Assembly (NCBI GenBank): GCA_030390025.1
Contig: CM059432.1
Location: 41,356,001 to 41,420,000, forward strand
Direction of reading: 5' to 3'
DNA from: Squalus acanthias
Taxonomy: Eukaryota
DNA: 64,000 nt
The number at the start of each line of letters is the position of its first letter. The first letter of the stretch is position 1. Below are positions 25,660 to 39,044 of the stretch, one piece after another. A program made the position numbers and the translations under genes. Below the pieces are notes generated by a model. The model did no database searches. It was not told where the DNA came from and worked only from the letters and a program-made list of their open reading frames with translations.

Positions 25660-27443
25660 GGTCGGAATTTTACCGGCGCTCAGAGTGCGAGTTCGGAGGC
25701 GGGTCCGCTGTCAAAATCAACAAGATTGACAGCGGGTCAGTATCCCGCTGTCAACCCAGCTTCGTGTCAGTTTCTCAAGTGTCGGGTCTGTCACTCCTGA
25801 ACAGACTTGACACCAAGCAGCAGGTCAGCCAATTTAGATAGTTAAAAGTTTGTTCAAAGGTAGTTAAGCAGGATTTTACCATATACTTACCATTTTACCA
25901 GCTTTCCCATGAGTTTCCCGGCGCGCGGGGATCACTTTAGGTAAGTAGGTCGGGTGTTGTGTCAGCATGGAATGATTTACTAACCTGACAGCTGCAAATG
26001 TTCTATGAAAGCTTCCATTTCATAGGTCTGCACTTTTCAAGGTTAGAAGCTGTTGCTTACTGCATTTGTAAGACAGATTGAGATTTATGCAGCTAGCAAG
26101 TGTTTGGAGCAAACTCTTTATCCAGTGTCACCTCATTGGAACAACCTCTCTCACCATTGACAGATCGCTTCTGTCATCTCAACCTCACCTGCCATCTATT
26201 CCATCAGCATCGGTGCCCTTGAAAAAATCTCACCTTGGTCCTCAGAATCCCGTTACGATCAGCCCCAACACCAGCATCACCGGGTACACCAGTAGCACTG
26301 ACATCAAGACCAACCTTCTCCACAATCAACTGATGCTGCACAGGACACAGGGCATAATCACCCGAGCACATTGCTGCCCGGGATGCCAGCGATGGCCTCA
26401 CCATGTCCAGATTGACTTCACTTAACACCGTACATCCTGGATGCGCCAGGTTGGCACCACCCCACACCAACACCATAAAGCATCCCTGCACTGCCCAAGC
26501 CATTCCTTTCACACTCATCACCATTGCGGGGGGTACGGTTATGTCTCACCATTCACTGCAACTCACTAAGCCACTTCCAAAGGTGCACACAAATCTGTCC
26601 AAGAACACAAAGTGTTGAAAATAAAGATTTCAATGCATGACAGCACATTAACAGAAACTTTTCATGAACATTGCATAAAACACCCAAGTGCCTACTCTTG
26701 TGTGCTGTTAGTTTGTATGATTGGACAAGGATGAGGGTGAGTGTGTGGCATGGCTAGTGAGATGGGGATGTGATGATGTAGATAGAGAGAGAGGGATGGG
26801 TGGAGGTGCAAGGTAAGTTGGTGTGAGTGAGGATGTGCATGAGTAGGGTAGGGAAGGCAGAGTGATGAGGATGTGATGAGAGGCACCGCAGGATGAGGTT
26901 GAGTGTGGCTTTGCAGTAACGTTTCATGATCTACTGAAATCATTGAAAGGTTTGCGCCACTGCAGCCTGGTCCTCCTGACGACATCCCTGCTTGTGCCCT
27001 CCTGTGCAATGTGCAACCAGGCTGCGTTGGTGTCCTGGGGAGGTCTCTTCCACCCATTGGAAGGGAAGAGAACCTCTCTCCATGCTGTGACTCCCTCCAT
27101 AAGCATATGGAGGGAGTCATGGGAGAGCCTGGGTGCAGCCGTGCGCCTCTGTGGAATGCTTGTCAGTGTTTGCAGCACCTCAATGCTGTAGAACATTGAC
27201 AGCTCAACTTGTTAAAATGAATGTGTACATGGCCCCTTTAAGGAAACCGGCTGATGACGCGTCATCAAATGACATCATCAGACCCGCTTCCTTTTAATTG
27301 GCTGGGAACCTCGCAGGGTGGGCTTAACAAGCCCCATCAATGAAAAATTCTTCTCACAGAGCGGGATGGAACCGGGAGCGGGGTCGTTGTCCGTCCCCTA
27401 CCTCGGCCGCACTTAGCCCGCCTCGGTAGGCGAAATTGCGGCT
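25660..27443 (-). mobile_element. Non-autonomous Harbinger family M, copy 1, with a Myb/SANT domain (about 26924-27150)
   Basis: TIRs GGTCGGAATTTT / GAAATTGCGGCT, TSD TTG; AAPRLSHDSLHMLMEGVTAWREVLFP...AWLHIAQE...RTRLQWRKPFNDF. Confidence 0.85.
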
Positions 27444-28051
27444 TTGAAGTCCAAAGTAGTTAGTCAATATCTATTATAAGGACTTGTAAATGAAATACAA
27501 CTCAAAATAGCAGTTTAATAATTATCACAAAAAATACAAATCTGTAGCTTTTCTGATGCTGACAGTGCTATAAATAATGCATTTTTTGGATTATTTATAC
27601 TTAAAGATTGTGAGGATAGGTGGAATCCTGACCGTCTTTGTCTTTTCTCAGCTAACCTGATCCTGACTCTCACTATAAAACAAACATCAAGCCTTAATTT
27701 TCTGTGTTTGGTACTAGTAATAATTACTTTGTTGCAATCTCCTAGGTAATAAATCCATGCAACTATAAAAACAGACCCCAACAAATGCTTTTTGTTGGTT
27801 CTGTGAAGATTATTACATAAATGTTATTGCTACACATTAAGGATTGCATTCCTGATGCAACAAGTGACTCGAAGGTGAGGGGCACTTGTATAATCTGGCC
27901 TGACATAGCCAGACCTCTACTCCCATTTGCAAAATAGAAACTACTGTGTTGATCATCAGAAGAGGCAACGATTGACATAAGGAGGAAACAGATGCAGGAC
28001 AAGCCCTCTTATGTGATGTATTATTGATCCTAGTGCACACTAACACAAGCA

Positions 28052-28184
28052 GAGGTAGATTTTGACTTTGTGCGGCAGTGTAAAACGGGTGATAGCGAAT
28101 CAGCAGCCCGTTTTACATCACCCCAATTTTTATAATATAAAATGGGCTGCCGATTTACACTATTGCACAGTCAAAATCTACCCT
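28052..28184. mobile_element. Palindromic Harbinger MITE family P
   Basis: GAGGTAGATTTTGAC / GTCAAAATCTACCCT; TSD GCA. Confidence 0.85.
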
Positions 28185-28390
28185 GCAGTGTGATATTTAC
28201 ATCATTTAGTTGTAGGAGATGTGTAATTTTTTAAATTAGATGGGTAATTGCTAATTTCCAGTAAATCAGGCAACTATTTGTGATGAAGATGAATGCTTTA
28301 CAGAAACTTTGTGGGTAAATTGGGACTTTCTCCATTTTTGTGGAGCTATTATACATTTCACAACTGGGTCACCAGCTTTTCACCAGCTAT

Positions 28391-29638
28391 TGTAGGGGGT
28401 GGTAATGGGGTCAGCCTTCACCTCTGACTCAGTGAGCGGTTCGAATCGCTCCCACGCCCCTGGTTCCTAGACTTTGGACTTATTTAGGGGTTGTGAACAA
28501 AAATGCAGTAGACAACAGGTTCTGATGAAAGAATTTTGACTTTATTAAAAGAAAAAGGTAACAAACTTAAAACACACTTAATACTTAAACACAAGTTGGG
28601 GAACACACGGTACAGGCGAGGGAGAATGACAATATACCAAACAAAAAACCTTATCCCTCCCAAAAATCCCACTATCTAGCTAGGTTTTGGTTTCAGGAGA
28701 TCAGGGATAATGCTCACCAAACGAATCCTTGACAGGGTTTAGAGTCTTTTGAGTAAAAGGTTTCGTAAGGCCCTTGTTGCCGCGAGGTGTCCGATGGTCA
28801 CTGAGGCAGTCGCTCTGGTTTCTTCTTGTGTGTTGGTCTGTTTGTGAAGTTGTTGGCCTTCTTTCCTCCTCCTCCTCGTGGCTTGTGGTGTCTTTGCTGG
28901 AACAGAGCTGAGAGAGAGAGAAAGCTGTGCGAGCATTGTCAGCGAGTCCAGAGAGAGCGAGTCCTGGGACATTAGGCCCCAATTATACTGTCCTTTTCAC
29001 GCCCAAAACCCCTTACTAAAACGGTTTCCTTTAGATTTCAAATGAGCCCTGTTTATTCCATTGTCTTAGTTTTGGCGGGCTTGTTAGTTTCGATGGCTTT
29101 AACTTGGTGTTAAACATGTCCTGATAGCTTCCGATTTAGGCAAGGCCTTTATCTACGCGCCAAATCTTGTCCCTATTGTCCTTGGTTTTTTGGCGGGCTT
29201 TAAATCTGTCCTGTGGATACCTGGTTGATTGGTTTTCGATGAAGTAAATCGGGTTACTAAATGTTTTATTGATTTCAGGCTTCTGGTATCCTGTGTGGGC
29301 CTGGGAATTTCAAAAGAGGTCTTGGATTATTCATATTTCGATGTGTGTGTGAGGCTTTTGGGTTTGTCTCTTCCTCCTTGGTAGGAAGGCAGTGTAAACA
29401 CATTCCCAGACAGCTTAATTGGGCTCCAATACCCAAAGCTATCCACTGCCTGGCCACGCCCCTCTGCAGCCTGTCGGTGTCTGTGAAAGGTGTCTTTCCC
29501 AACAGTAAGATTCAAAAAGTCATTTTTCTCAGGGTTTACTTCCCTGATCTTTAAAAATGTCCAAAACTGAGGGTTTTACCTCAAATCACTTCACTTAGGG
29601 TTCTGTTTGAGTTTCTGGGGGATTTTGCGAAGCCTACA
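28391..29638 (-). mobile_element. Solo LTR (1248 bp)
   Basis: TGTAGG...CCTACA termini and a perfect 4-bp TSD CTAT (28387-28390 and 29639-29642); minus-strand TATAAT near 28985 and AATAAA near 28543. Confidence 0.85.
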
Positions 29639-30007
29639 CTATTAAGCGGCATTTTATCTGCATTCGAAGTGTGAAAGGAAAATTACTATTATTGGCTGGT
29701 TTTATGGTGTTCCTGCTAAGTAATTTCCCACATTACAACAGTGACTCCACTTCAAAAAGAAATTCATTGGCTGTAAGGCGCTTTGAGAAGTCCAGTGGTC
29801 ATGAAAGGCGCTATATAAATGCAAGTCTTTCTTTTTCTTTCTTTAATTCATGTTTCATGAAGTTGTCTGCCAATAAACCATCTTGATTGGTAGCTGTTAA
29901 AATTTATATATAAAAATATAGGGTTAATTATTCCTTTTCCATCAAGAAGGAAAATATGGGCAATAATTCCTTAATTCTTACGGCTCTGCATTATTTCTTT
30001 AATTTAG

Positions 30008-30145
30008 GTGGAGTGGAATGAACCCGGTGCAATATTTGAACTCAAGCCAAAGGACAAGATGCATTATCCCAAGTTTCCATTTGCAATCGAAGCTAATGGT
30101 AGCATTGAAGTGACAGAACCACTGGACAGAGAGAAGATTAGTGAG
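30008..30145 (+). CDS. CDH17: CDH17 exon F (138 nt, 0-0), EC3: VEWNEPGAIFELKPKDKMHYPKFPFAIEANGSIEVTEPLDREKISE
   Basis: tttag|GTG...GAG|gtaag; WNEPGA, FPF and LDRE motifs. Confidence 0.96.
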
Positions 30146-30601
30146 GTAAGTTCCTGTGTACACCAGTTACAAAACATACTTTCCTCAAAGGATGGTACTA
30201 AGATCTTAAAAGGGATGGCGGAGCAGAGCAAGCTAGTTGTGCAGATATACAGGACATTAAAGGTGGCAGCATAAGTAGGTAAGGCTGTAAAAATTACAAC
30301 CAGAATCGTTGGTTTTGCATCTGGAGACATAGGGGGTAATTTTCACATTCATCGCATGGGTGGTAATCTGGCGGAGAGCATTGCCTGGCAATTGTAGAAT
30401 CTGCCCGATTTTCATAACCTTGATTTCAATGTGTTGAGTTTTGGATGCTCCATTATAGGAAAGATATAAAAGTATTGGAAGAAGTGGAATCATTTTGATT
30501 GGGGCGTCTGGCTGTTACAAAAGTGGCATTGTCCTGAGAGACAGATCCATCATCCATGCCATCTTCTGCCAGCACTTTCTACACATGTTCAGAGATCTTT
30601 G

Positions 30602-30900
30602 AGGGAGCACGGTGGCATAGTGGTTAGCACTGTTGCCTCACAGCGCCAGGGACCCGGGTTCGAATCCGGCCTCGGGTGACTGTCTGTGTGGAGTTTGCAC
30701 ATTCTCCCCGTGTCTGTGTGGGTTTCCTCCCACAGTCCAAAAGATGTGCGGGTTAGGTTGATTTGGCTATGATAAATTGACCCTTAGTGTTAGGGGGGGA
30801 TTAAATAAGTGGGGTTACAGGGATAGGGTGGGATATGTGTCGGTGCAGGCTCGATGGGCTGAAATGGCCTCTATTTGCACTGTGGGGATTCTGTGATTCA
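30602..30900 (+). mobile_element. HE1-like V-SINE, copy 2
   Basis: Near-identical head and V-domain to 1008-1260. Confidence 0.88.
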
Positions 30901-31609
30901 GACAGCTTGGCTGAAATGAATTTGTTGAAGCTCTGCATTACGGCTTTCTCAATCTGATTAACCAACATGGTGAATCAGGACAAAACAAACTATTGTAGAT
31001 TGGAGCCGCAAGTCTCCAGAGCCCCAGTGAGAGTATTCATTATAGAAACTATGCCTGCTCTTAGAATCTCAACCAAGGGCCCTTCACTACAGAAGGACCT
31101 AGAGTGGACACTTTCTCTGTGGTAGGCTGCAACTTGGTTACTCAGTCATGCAGCACTGCTGAGGTGTAGCTTGTGGACTTCTCCATAAACTTTGTAGACA
31201 GCCTGGCACATTCTCAGACGACTGTATAAAATGCTGATGCTGAGCTAGCAAACTGCATTTGTTGGCAGGCGCTGTGAGGACCAAATCCTTGGGCTCAGTA
31301 ACTAAAGGAGCTTCCAGTCAACAGGTTGGAACTCCTGAAATGCAACCTCCACTTGCTCATTTACCCTTGTGATCAGTGCTTCAGCTGGTACTCCCCAAAC
31401 TCACGGGAGCTGATTTTACGAATGCATGCTACTGGCAGGTGAAGCTGTGTGTCATAGCGTGCATTCATAAAATTGGCCCTACTACCTGTATCCTCAGAGT
31501 GCTACTGCCTGCCACTGTAGGAGTGAGTGTTGCAGGTGTTGTGAGATGCTACTTTAGAGTGGATATTGGCCTCTGTCATCAACTCCTCTTCGCCATTTAT
31601 AGGATCATA

Positions 31610-32199
31610 GGCCTTGTAAAAGGCCCCGCAAGTTTGGGGTTTCCGCATGCGCTGTGCATGCGCGAAAACCCGGAACTTGCGATCTGTCAAGGTTCGCCTT
31701 GACAGATCGTAAGGGTTAATATAAAGGTTAAATTAAAAAATTTTAAATAAAAAATCATCCACAAGCATTTAAAATTAGTTTATGTAAATTATGACCCATA
31801 TTCAAATGTTCTTCAAAAAATTAAAATTTTATTGTAAGTGCTTCATTAAAGGGACTTTTAATTAAATTTGAAAATGGGAACATTTATTTTTATTACAGTT
31901 ATGTAAATTATTTAATTAATTGGGGATTCCTCACATGCTAATGGGGATTCCGTTCGGAAATGGAATCCCTATAAGCGTATGAGGAATCCTCCTTTCTGAT
32001 AGAAGGACCTGGCCCACGCGATCCCAGGGATGATTCTGAACCGCCTGCATCCCTGGGATCCGTGGGCCTTTGCGCAGGCGTACGCCTGCAGGCCCAGGAC
32101 GTGATGTCTCTGGAGCCCGGGAGCCAGCAGGTAGTTTTGGATTTTTTTCGGGTCGACGGCGTACTCTGGAGGTATGCCTCCGACCGCAAATTCTGGCCC
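31610..32199 (+). mobile_element. Harbinger-type MITE family A
   Basis: Collinear with 58880-59563; right terminus AAATTCTGGCCC. Confidence 0.7.
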
Positions 32200-32640
32200 A
32201 GTGCATTAACTTTCAGCTCTAGCGAGTATGCTGGTGAGTGAGTGAATAGTGAGATAAAGAATTAATGTCAAATATGGTAGCAACCATAAGCTTGGGGGAG
32301 GTCTCCCTTCTCAACCTCACCCACTCCATCTATTGTGTCCAAACTCCTCTCCTCATTAGCAAGAAAAGAGCTTTTGATATACAGTGATTGCTTTGTCCTC
32401 CTTTTTTATAATCCACTATTCATGTATTATGCAGCGGTGTAGCCACAGTATTTGTAAGTGATGTAGTGACATTAGCTAATCTACATGATATGACTATTCT
32501 ATCTTGCCTGAGTACTTACAAGAGGAAAGTTTATTGTGATATGTACAAAGTTATATTTGCTGGTGCAGAAGGCGTGCAATTTCCTATCTACTGGTTAATA
32601 TCACTCACTATCCAGTATATTATTTTTAATGTGTGTTTAG

Positions 32641-32791
32641 TATATATTGTTGGTGTACGCTCTGGATGAACACAGAGAGATGCTGGACACACCGTTGGAA
32701 ATTGTGATCATCGTAACAGATATCAATGACAACCATCCAGTTTGTAAAGATGGAGTGACGTTGATTGAGGTGCAAGAAAATGAAAGTGCAG
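32641..32791 (+). CDS. CDH17: CDH17 exon G (151 nt, 0-1): YILLVYALDEHREMLDTPLEIVIIVTDINDNHPVCKDGVTLIEVQENESAG
   Basis: tttag|TAT...GCAG|gtgag; DINDN and EVQENE motifs. Confidence 0.96.
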
Positions 32792-34054
32792 GTGAGCATA
32801 ATCTCATCATAAACTGCGAGGTATGTTCTTTACGTAAAAAGACATGGGGTACTATTAACCATATATAGACAAGCCCACTTAAATAAATAACTGATAAAAG
32901 AATAAACCATTTGAGAGAATACAATCTCCATGCAGAGATTCCTTTTCTATCTTTTCCAATGAGAGCTGCCCCTGTTAAATGAATAAAATGTTTAAATGAA
33001 TGAGGGTCTGGATTTAATTTTCATTAGTGATGTGCTGTCTTGCTAAAGCCGATGTGTTAAACCCTTTTTACCAATCGTGTTAAGCTCTTTTTACAAGTGG
33101 TTTTGTCCAGGTGTGAAAATTGGTTAGTAACCAATTTAGTGAGGCTTCAGAGTCTATTTCACCTCATCAGGTGCCAGGGCTCAAGCACATTTGGCAATCA
33201 ATGTGACAATCGCTTTTGTTTAGGTGTGAAAAGTGCCTCATCAGGTGCTAATGCTCAAACTGGTCCATGCCGGTGTTTATGCTACATGGGAGCCTCCTCC
33301 TATGCTACTTCACCTAACCCTATCAACATATCCTTCTATTCCTTTCTCCCTCATTCTAGTTTGGTTTCTTTTTATAGGACGGGTAGGGGAAGGGGAGAAG
33401 GAAAACTGATTGAGGGTGTGGGGGCTTCTAGCAGCTCAGCACCCACCCTTGGAGGGAGTGAGTGGGTGTGGGGAAGAGTGGATGGATGGGTAGAGGTGAG
33501 GTGAATAACAGTGGATCAAGGAATATGTGGCCTCCTTATTCTTCCTACCAAAATGCACTGCTTATATATATTGAAATTAATTTTCCATTTACATGTCTAT
33601 TCTATAAGTTTATTAATATCTTCTTGGATTTTGTCGCTGTCTTCCTCAGTATTAACTATACCCTCCAATTTGGTGTCTTTCATTTTTTCACTCTGACCAG
33701 TGTCTCTGTCTTCTCTTCCGCACCCTCTTTCCGATTTGTCTGTGTTTCAGCTTAATACACTTTTAAAGTTTATAGAGCACAAAACAAAAGCTACAGGAGG
33801 TGTGTAATTAGAACACTGACATTTTTCTCTCACACACTCTGGTTTTTTAAACACTCAATATAAATTTTGCCTCAGTAAAGCTTTCCAAATTTATCCTCTT
33901 GTTTTTGAAGCAAAGCCACTGGGAAGAAAATGCTAAGAGTGAAAGTAAAATATCCCACAAATTGAACAATGCTGATGTATCCTCGAAAATTAAATTAACT
34001 CACAGAGTCACAGCTGTTGGCAAAAATATCAGGCTTTTGGGAGAAAAATGTAAT

Positions 34055-34392
34055 GTAGGAAATATGGCAGCCAATTTGCAAAAACCAGCTCCCACAAACA
34101 GCAATGTGATAATGACCAGATAATCTGTTTTGGTGATGTTGGTTGAGGGATAAATATTGGCCAGGACAATGGGGATAACTCCCATTCTCTTCTTTGAAAT
34201 AGTGCCATGAGTTCTTTTACGTCCCCCTGAGAGAGCAGATGGGGCCTCGGTTTAACGTCTCATCCAAAAGATGGCACCTCCAACAGTGCAGCGCTCCCTC
34301 AGCACTGCACTGTTGTGTCAGCCAAGCTTTATGGGACTTGAACCACACAACCTTCTGACTCAGAGGCGAGTGTGCTACCAACTGAGCCACTG
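34055..34392 (-). mobile_element. Deu-SINE (SacSINE1-like)
   Basis: Reverse complement of the 1768-2100 family, including the tRNA-like head. Confidence 0.8.
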
Positions 34393-34795
34393 ACTTAGTT
34401 AAAGAAAAAATCCTGAAGTACTTGCTACTTCGTTGTACTTCAAAACTAACTTTCTCTCTTTCTTGGTTATTTTCAATTCAAGATATATTAATATATAAGT
34501 AGCCAAAGAGAAGGTCCAAAACATTAGAAGTGAGATTTTCCTGCTTGGGCTCAACAATTATCAGAAATGGGTTGAACCGCATGCTTGTAAAGGAACCCCC
34601 TCATTTTGCCTACTTTAATTTAAATGGAAGGAAAGTTGGAAGGGCTCTTTTACAGACATGCACTCCAAACCTCCCAATTTCCCAATACTCACTGCACCTA
34701 GGTGATCCAGTGATCCTGGGCACAGGAAAATCTCCACATAAAAGTGTTTTGATGAATATTTTAAAATACAAACTTTAATAATAAACACACACCAG

Positions 34796-37300
34796 GGCCT
34801 GGATTTTGCCGGCGCTCAGAGGGCGGGTTTGGAGGCGGGTCCGCTGTCAAAATAGCAAAGATTAAGAGCGGGTAGGAAACCCGCTGTCAACCCACCTCCA
34901 CGCAAGTCTCCCAGGTCTCAGGTCTGTCTGCGCAGAACTGACCCGACACCAAGCGGCGGGGGAGACAATTGAGATAATTAAATGGCTTGTTAACCTTGCA
35001 ATTATACATGCTCCCCCACGGGTTACCCGCTGCTCGGGGAACAGGCCAGCTCACCCTGTTGTGAGTTGAGTCTGCTTTGATGTATCTGATAAGCTGACAG
35101 CTGCAGAAGTGGTATAAAAAATGCCATGTTGCAGATGGTCAGTTTCAGAGCTCAGAAACTGTTGATTACTGCATTTATAAGACATATAGGGGGTGATTTT
35201 GCCAGCCCTGGGGAGGCGGATATGGTGGCGGGACTGCCGGGAAAATGGCAGAATTTGGGGGCGGGTGCCCAACCCGCCTCCACGCCATCTTCCTAGGAGG
35301 TGGGTAGCCGACGCACGCCGGGTCCCGTCTCCTTGGAGGAGGGAAGGGATCAAAGCCTATTAACTATCTGTTAACAGGTAGTTAACAGGCAGAAAATAGG
35401 ATTATCCCCTTTTTGCCCTCACAAGTGCGGGCTTCCCGAAGACTCCAAAACCCACCAGGTCAGCGAGGCGAGTACTGGGTCTGCGGGGGTCGGGGGGTGC
35501 AAAAGTGTGGTGTGAAGGTAAGTGATGGGTGCAAGAGTGTAGAGGTGAGTATCTGAGGTAAGTGCAAAGTGTTAGTAAAAGTGTACTTACCTTTGTTTCT
35601 ACCTGCAACAACCATCTCATTTCTGTCAAAGAAAGAAGTTTGATGAGGTCTTGAATTCAAGACCTCATCAAACTACAGAGAATGTCACTGATTGACAGCT
35701 TCACAGAGCTGTCAAATGATGACAATTCATCTGTCAAAAATTTTTGACAGATGAAACATCATACGTTGACGTTCTCTGCAACCGGCTTTCCCTTAATTGG
35801 CCTGCTAAGCCCGCTGGGCGGGCTTAACAAGGTCAATCAAGAGAAAATAGCGTGGGTTGGCCACAAATCGATGGAGGCAGGACATCGACCCACCAAGCAG
35901 CAGTCCCGCCTCCAACGCGCCCCCATTAACAAAATCGCCCCCATAGAGATTTCTTTAGCTTGCAAGTGTTGAGAGCCAACTGTATAATCAGTGCCACCTC
36001 ATTGGAACAACCTCTCTCTCCACTGACAGATTGCTTCTGTCATTTCACTTGCAGCTGCCATCTATTGCAGCAACATTGGTGCACTTGGAAAAATCAAACG
36101 TTGGTCCTCTGAATCCTTCCACAATCAGCCCCAACACCAACATCACCAGACACACAAACATCATCAACATCACCAACCTTCTCCGCCATCACCTGATGCT
36201 GCACGGGACATAAGGCATCAGCCCCTGACAACATTGTTGCGATGGCATCACCATGGCCAGATTTACTTCACTTGACGCTGTAAACCCTGGCTGCCACATG
36301 ATGCGCCAGGTTGACACCATCCCACACCAGCACTGTAAAGTGTCCCTTTAATGTCCAAGCCATTCCTTTCACACTCATCACTATAGCGGGGGAGAGGAGG
36401 AAGTTATGTCTCAACATTCACTGAACTCAGTAAGACACTTCGCAAGGTGCGTACAGATCTGTCCAATAAGGTGAAGTGTTGAAAATATAGATTTCACCAT
36501 ATGATAACACATTACCAGAAACTTCACATGATCATTGACTAAACCTCTCAAGTGCCTACCCTGTGTGTTGTTAGTTGGTATGCTTGCAGTAGGATGAGGG
36601 TGAGTGTGAGGGGTGGCTAGTGAGATGCGGAAGTGATAATGTAGATAGAGAGGGATGGGTGGAGGTGCAATCTAAGTTGGTGTAAGGATGTGCAGGAGGA
36701 GGATATGGAAGGCAGAGTGATGGGGATGCGATGAGTGGCACAGCAGGGTGAGTTTGAGTGTGGCGTTGCAGTAATATTTTGTGATATACTGAGATCATTG
36801 AAAGGTTGACACCACTGCAGCCAGGCACTCCTGACGACATCCCTGCTTGTGTCCTGCTGTGCAATGTGCAACCAGACTGCATTGATCTCCTGGGGAGGTC
36901 TCTTCCACCCATGGGAAGGGAAGAGAATCTCCCTGCGTGCTGTGACTTTCTCCATAGGCATATGGAGGGAGGGAGTCATGCGTGAGCCTGGGTGCAGACA
37001 TGCACCTTTGTGCAGTGCTTGTCAGTGTTTACAGCACCTCAATGCTGCAGAACACCAATAGCACAAATGTCAAAGTAAATGTGGCCATGGCCCCTTTAAG
37101 GAAACTGGCTGATGACACGTCATCAAATGATGTCATCAGACCCGCTTCCTGTTAATTGGCTAGGAAACCCGCAGGGCAGGCTTAACAAGGCCAATCTATG
37201 GCAAATCTTTTTGAGAGAGTGGCTGCAGATGGGAGCGGGACTGGAACACACCATCCAGCTCTCCTGCCACCATCCTGCCTCCGCAGGGAAAATCCAGCCC
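34796..37300 (-). mobile_element. Harbinger family M, copy 2 (Myb domain about 36790-37000), with a nested MITE
   Basis: TIRs GGCCTGGATTTT / AAAATCCAGCCC, TSD CAG; collinear with 25660-27443. Confidence 0.88.
35189..35942 (+). mobile_element. Harbinger MITE family S, nested in family M copy 2
   Basis: GGGGGTGATTTT / AAAATCGCCCCC; TSD ATA, supported by the paralogous empty site. Confidence 0.9.
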
Positions 37301-37327
37301 CAGGTTTGGGTGAATCTGTGACACGTA

Positions 37328-38170
37328 GGGCTCGATTTTGTCAATGGGGACATGATGGAGGCGGGACTCCCACATTTTGGGTTGTAGTCCCGCCTCCATC
37401 GATTTGTGGCCAACCCACGCTACTTTCCCTTGATTGACCTTGTAAGCCCGCCCAGCGGGCTCAGCAGGCCAATTAAGGGACACCTGGATACTGGTGACAT
37501 CAGCGATTGATATTTCATCTGTCAAGAGCTTTTGACAGATGAAATATCAGCGTTTGACAGCTCTGTGAAGCTGTCAAACACTGACAATCTGTCTTCTAAC
37601 TTGAGTCCTTCTACTCAGACTCAGTTAGAGAGCTCTCCAGACCAGAAAGCAGAGGCTACAGCTTTTGACAGTTCAGCGGCCATTCTGCTTTCTGTGCCGG
37701 TGAGCTGAGGGACTCCCGAGAACTGAAGGGAGGAAGCCTGGAGGAGAAAGTAAAGGTAAGTAAAACTTATTAAAACACTTTACACACACCAAACACACTT
37801 ACCTCTGCACTCATGCACCCATCACTCACCTGTACACCGGACATCTCGACCCCTCCAAGCCCTGAAGACCGACGGTCCGCCTCGCTAAATCGGCGTGGTT
37901 TGGAGCCGTCGGGCAGCCCACACTTCAGGGCTAAAAATAGGGATTAGTCAAAAAACTGCCTGTTAACTACCTGTTAACAGGCAGTTAATTGGCACTAATC
38001 CCCTTCCCGCCTCGGGGAGGTGGCTCCCAGCACAGGTCGGGTACCCGCCTCCTGGGACATTGGCATGGAGGCGGGTTGGGGGCGGGATGGGTACGTGCCC
38101 CCCGAATCTGCAATTTTCCCACTACTCCCGCCTCCAAACCCGCCTCCACGGGGCTTGGAAAATCGAGCCC
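37328..38170 (-). mobile_element. Harbinger MITE family S
   Basis: Perfect 12-bp TIR GGGCTCGATTTT / AAAATCGAGCCC; TSD GTA. Confidence 0.92.
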
Positions 38171-39044
38171 GTAAAGTATGGCACTTTTAGCATTGAAAAC
38201 TCCTATCACAGTGCCACCTACAGGTGTAACAGGTACTACAGTCAGGAAGATGGGTTTTTCCCCCACAGGAACAAGCTTCATCTGAAAGTTTTTGATGAAA
38301 CATGTGCTCCACGTACTGAATTTAATATATAATAGATAGATATAGCAACCTATTGAAGGCAATTATAAAATATTACTGATTTCAGAGCACATAACCTGTT
38401 TAAACGCTACTGAGTGCTGAACTAAATTAGTTCTTTAAAGCAAATGTGTGGGAGGAGTTACTGTGCCTTAGTGTGAAGATGTTAAATTAAGATCAGTAGA
38501 AATATAGACATTAGTCTGCTGTGCTTCAGTTTGTAATTTACATGTTAATTCTCCCTCAAACTGTCAAGGTAGTTTCTTTGAAAATATCTTAAAATATCTA
38601 TAGAAAGCAAAAAAAAGATAGATACCAAGATGTTACCAGTTAAAACTATATGGTAATGCATTACTGATGATGACACATAGCAGTACTTCTGAGATAGTAC
38701 TCATTTTCATATGTTCAGTGAATGCACTATACTCTTTTGAATATGTGCTCGTCAGACCCAAGCAAAACTTCCTAGGGGAGATTTTTGTCTTCACCACCTG
38801 GGCAGTAATCTGACAGAACAGATCGCCCTCCATTATAGGACCCCCTTGATTTTCATTGAGTGGGTTCTATGCTGGGTGGCCAACCTGCTCCGCCAGATTA
38901 CTATCTGGGCATTGTAAATGAAAATTAGTTAAAGGAGTTGCAGGATAAAGGAGGTTTGCAATGTGCTTAACTTTATCCCCCCACTTCTCAGTCAGGCGGG
39001 TTAAAAAGGATCCAACCAAATATTGAATAATAAGGAGCTCTGAG

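Noticed and set aside
30900..31480. Possible ancient Harbinger transposase C-terminus
   Set aside because: Only faint motif resemblance; too decayed to support without a profile search.
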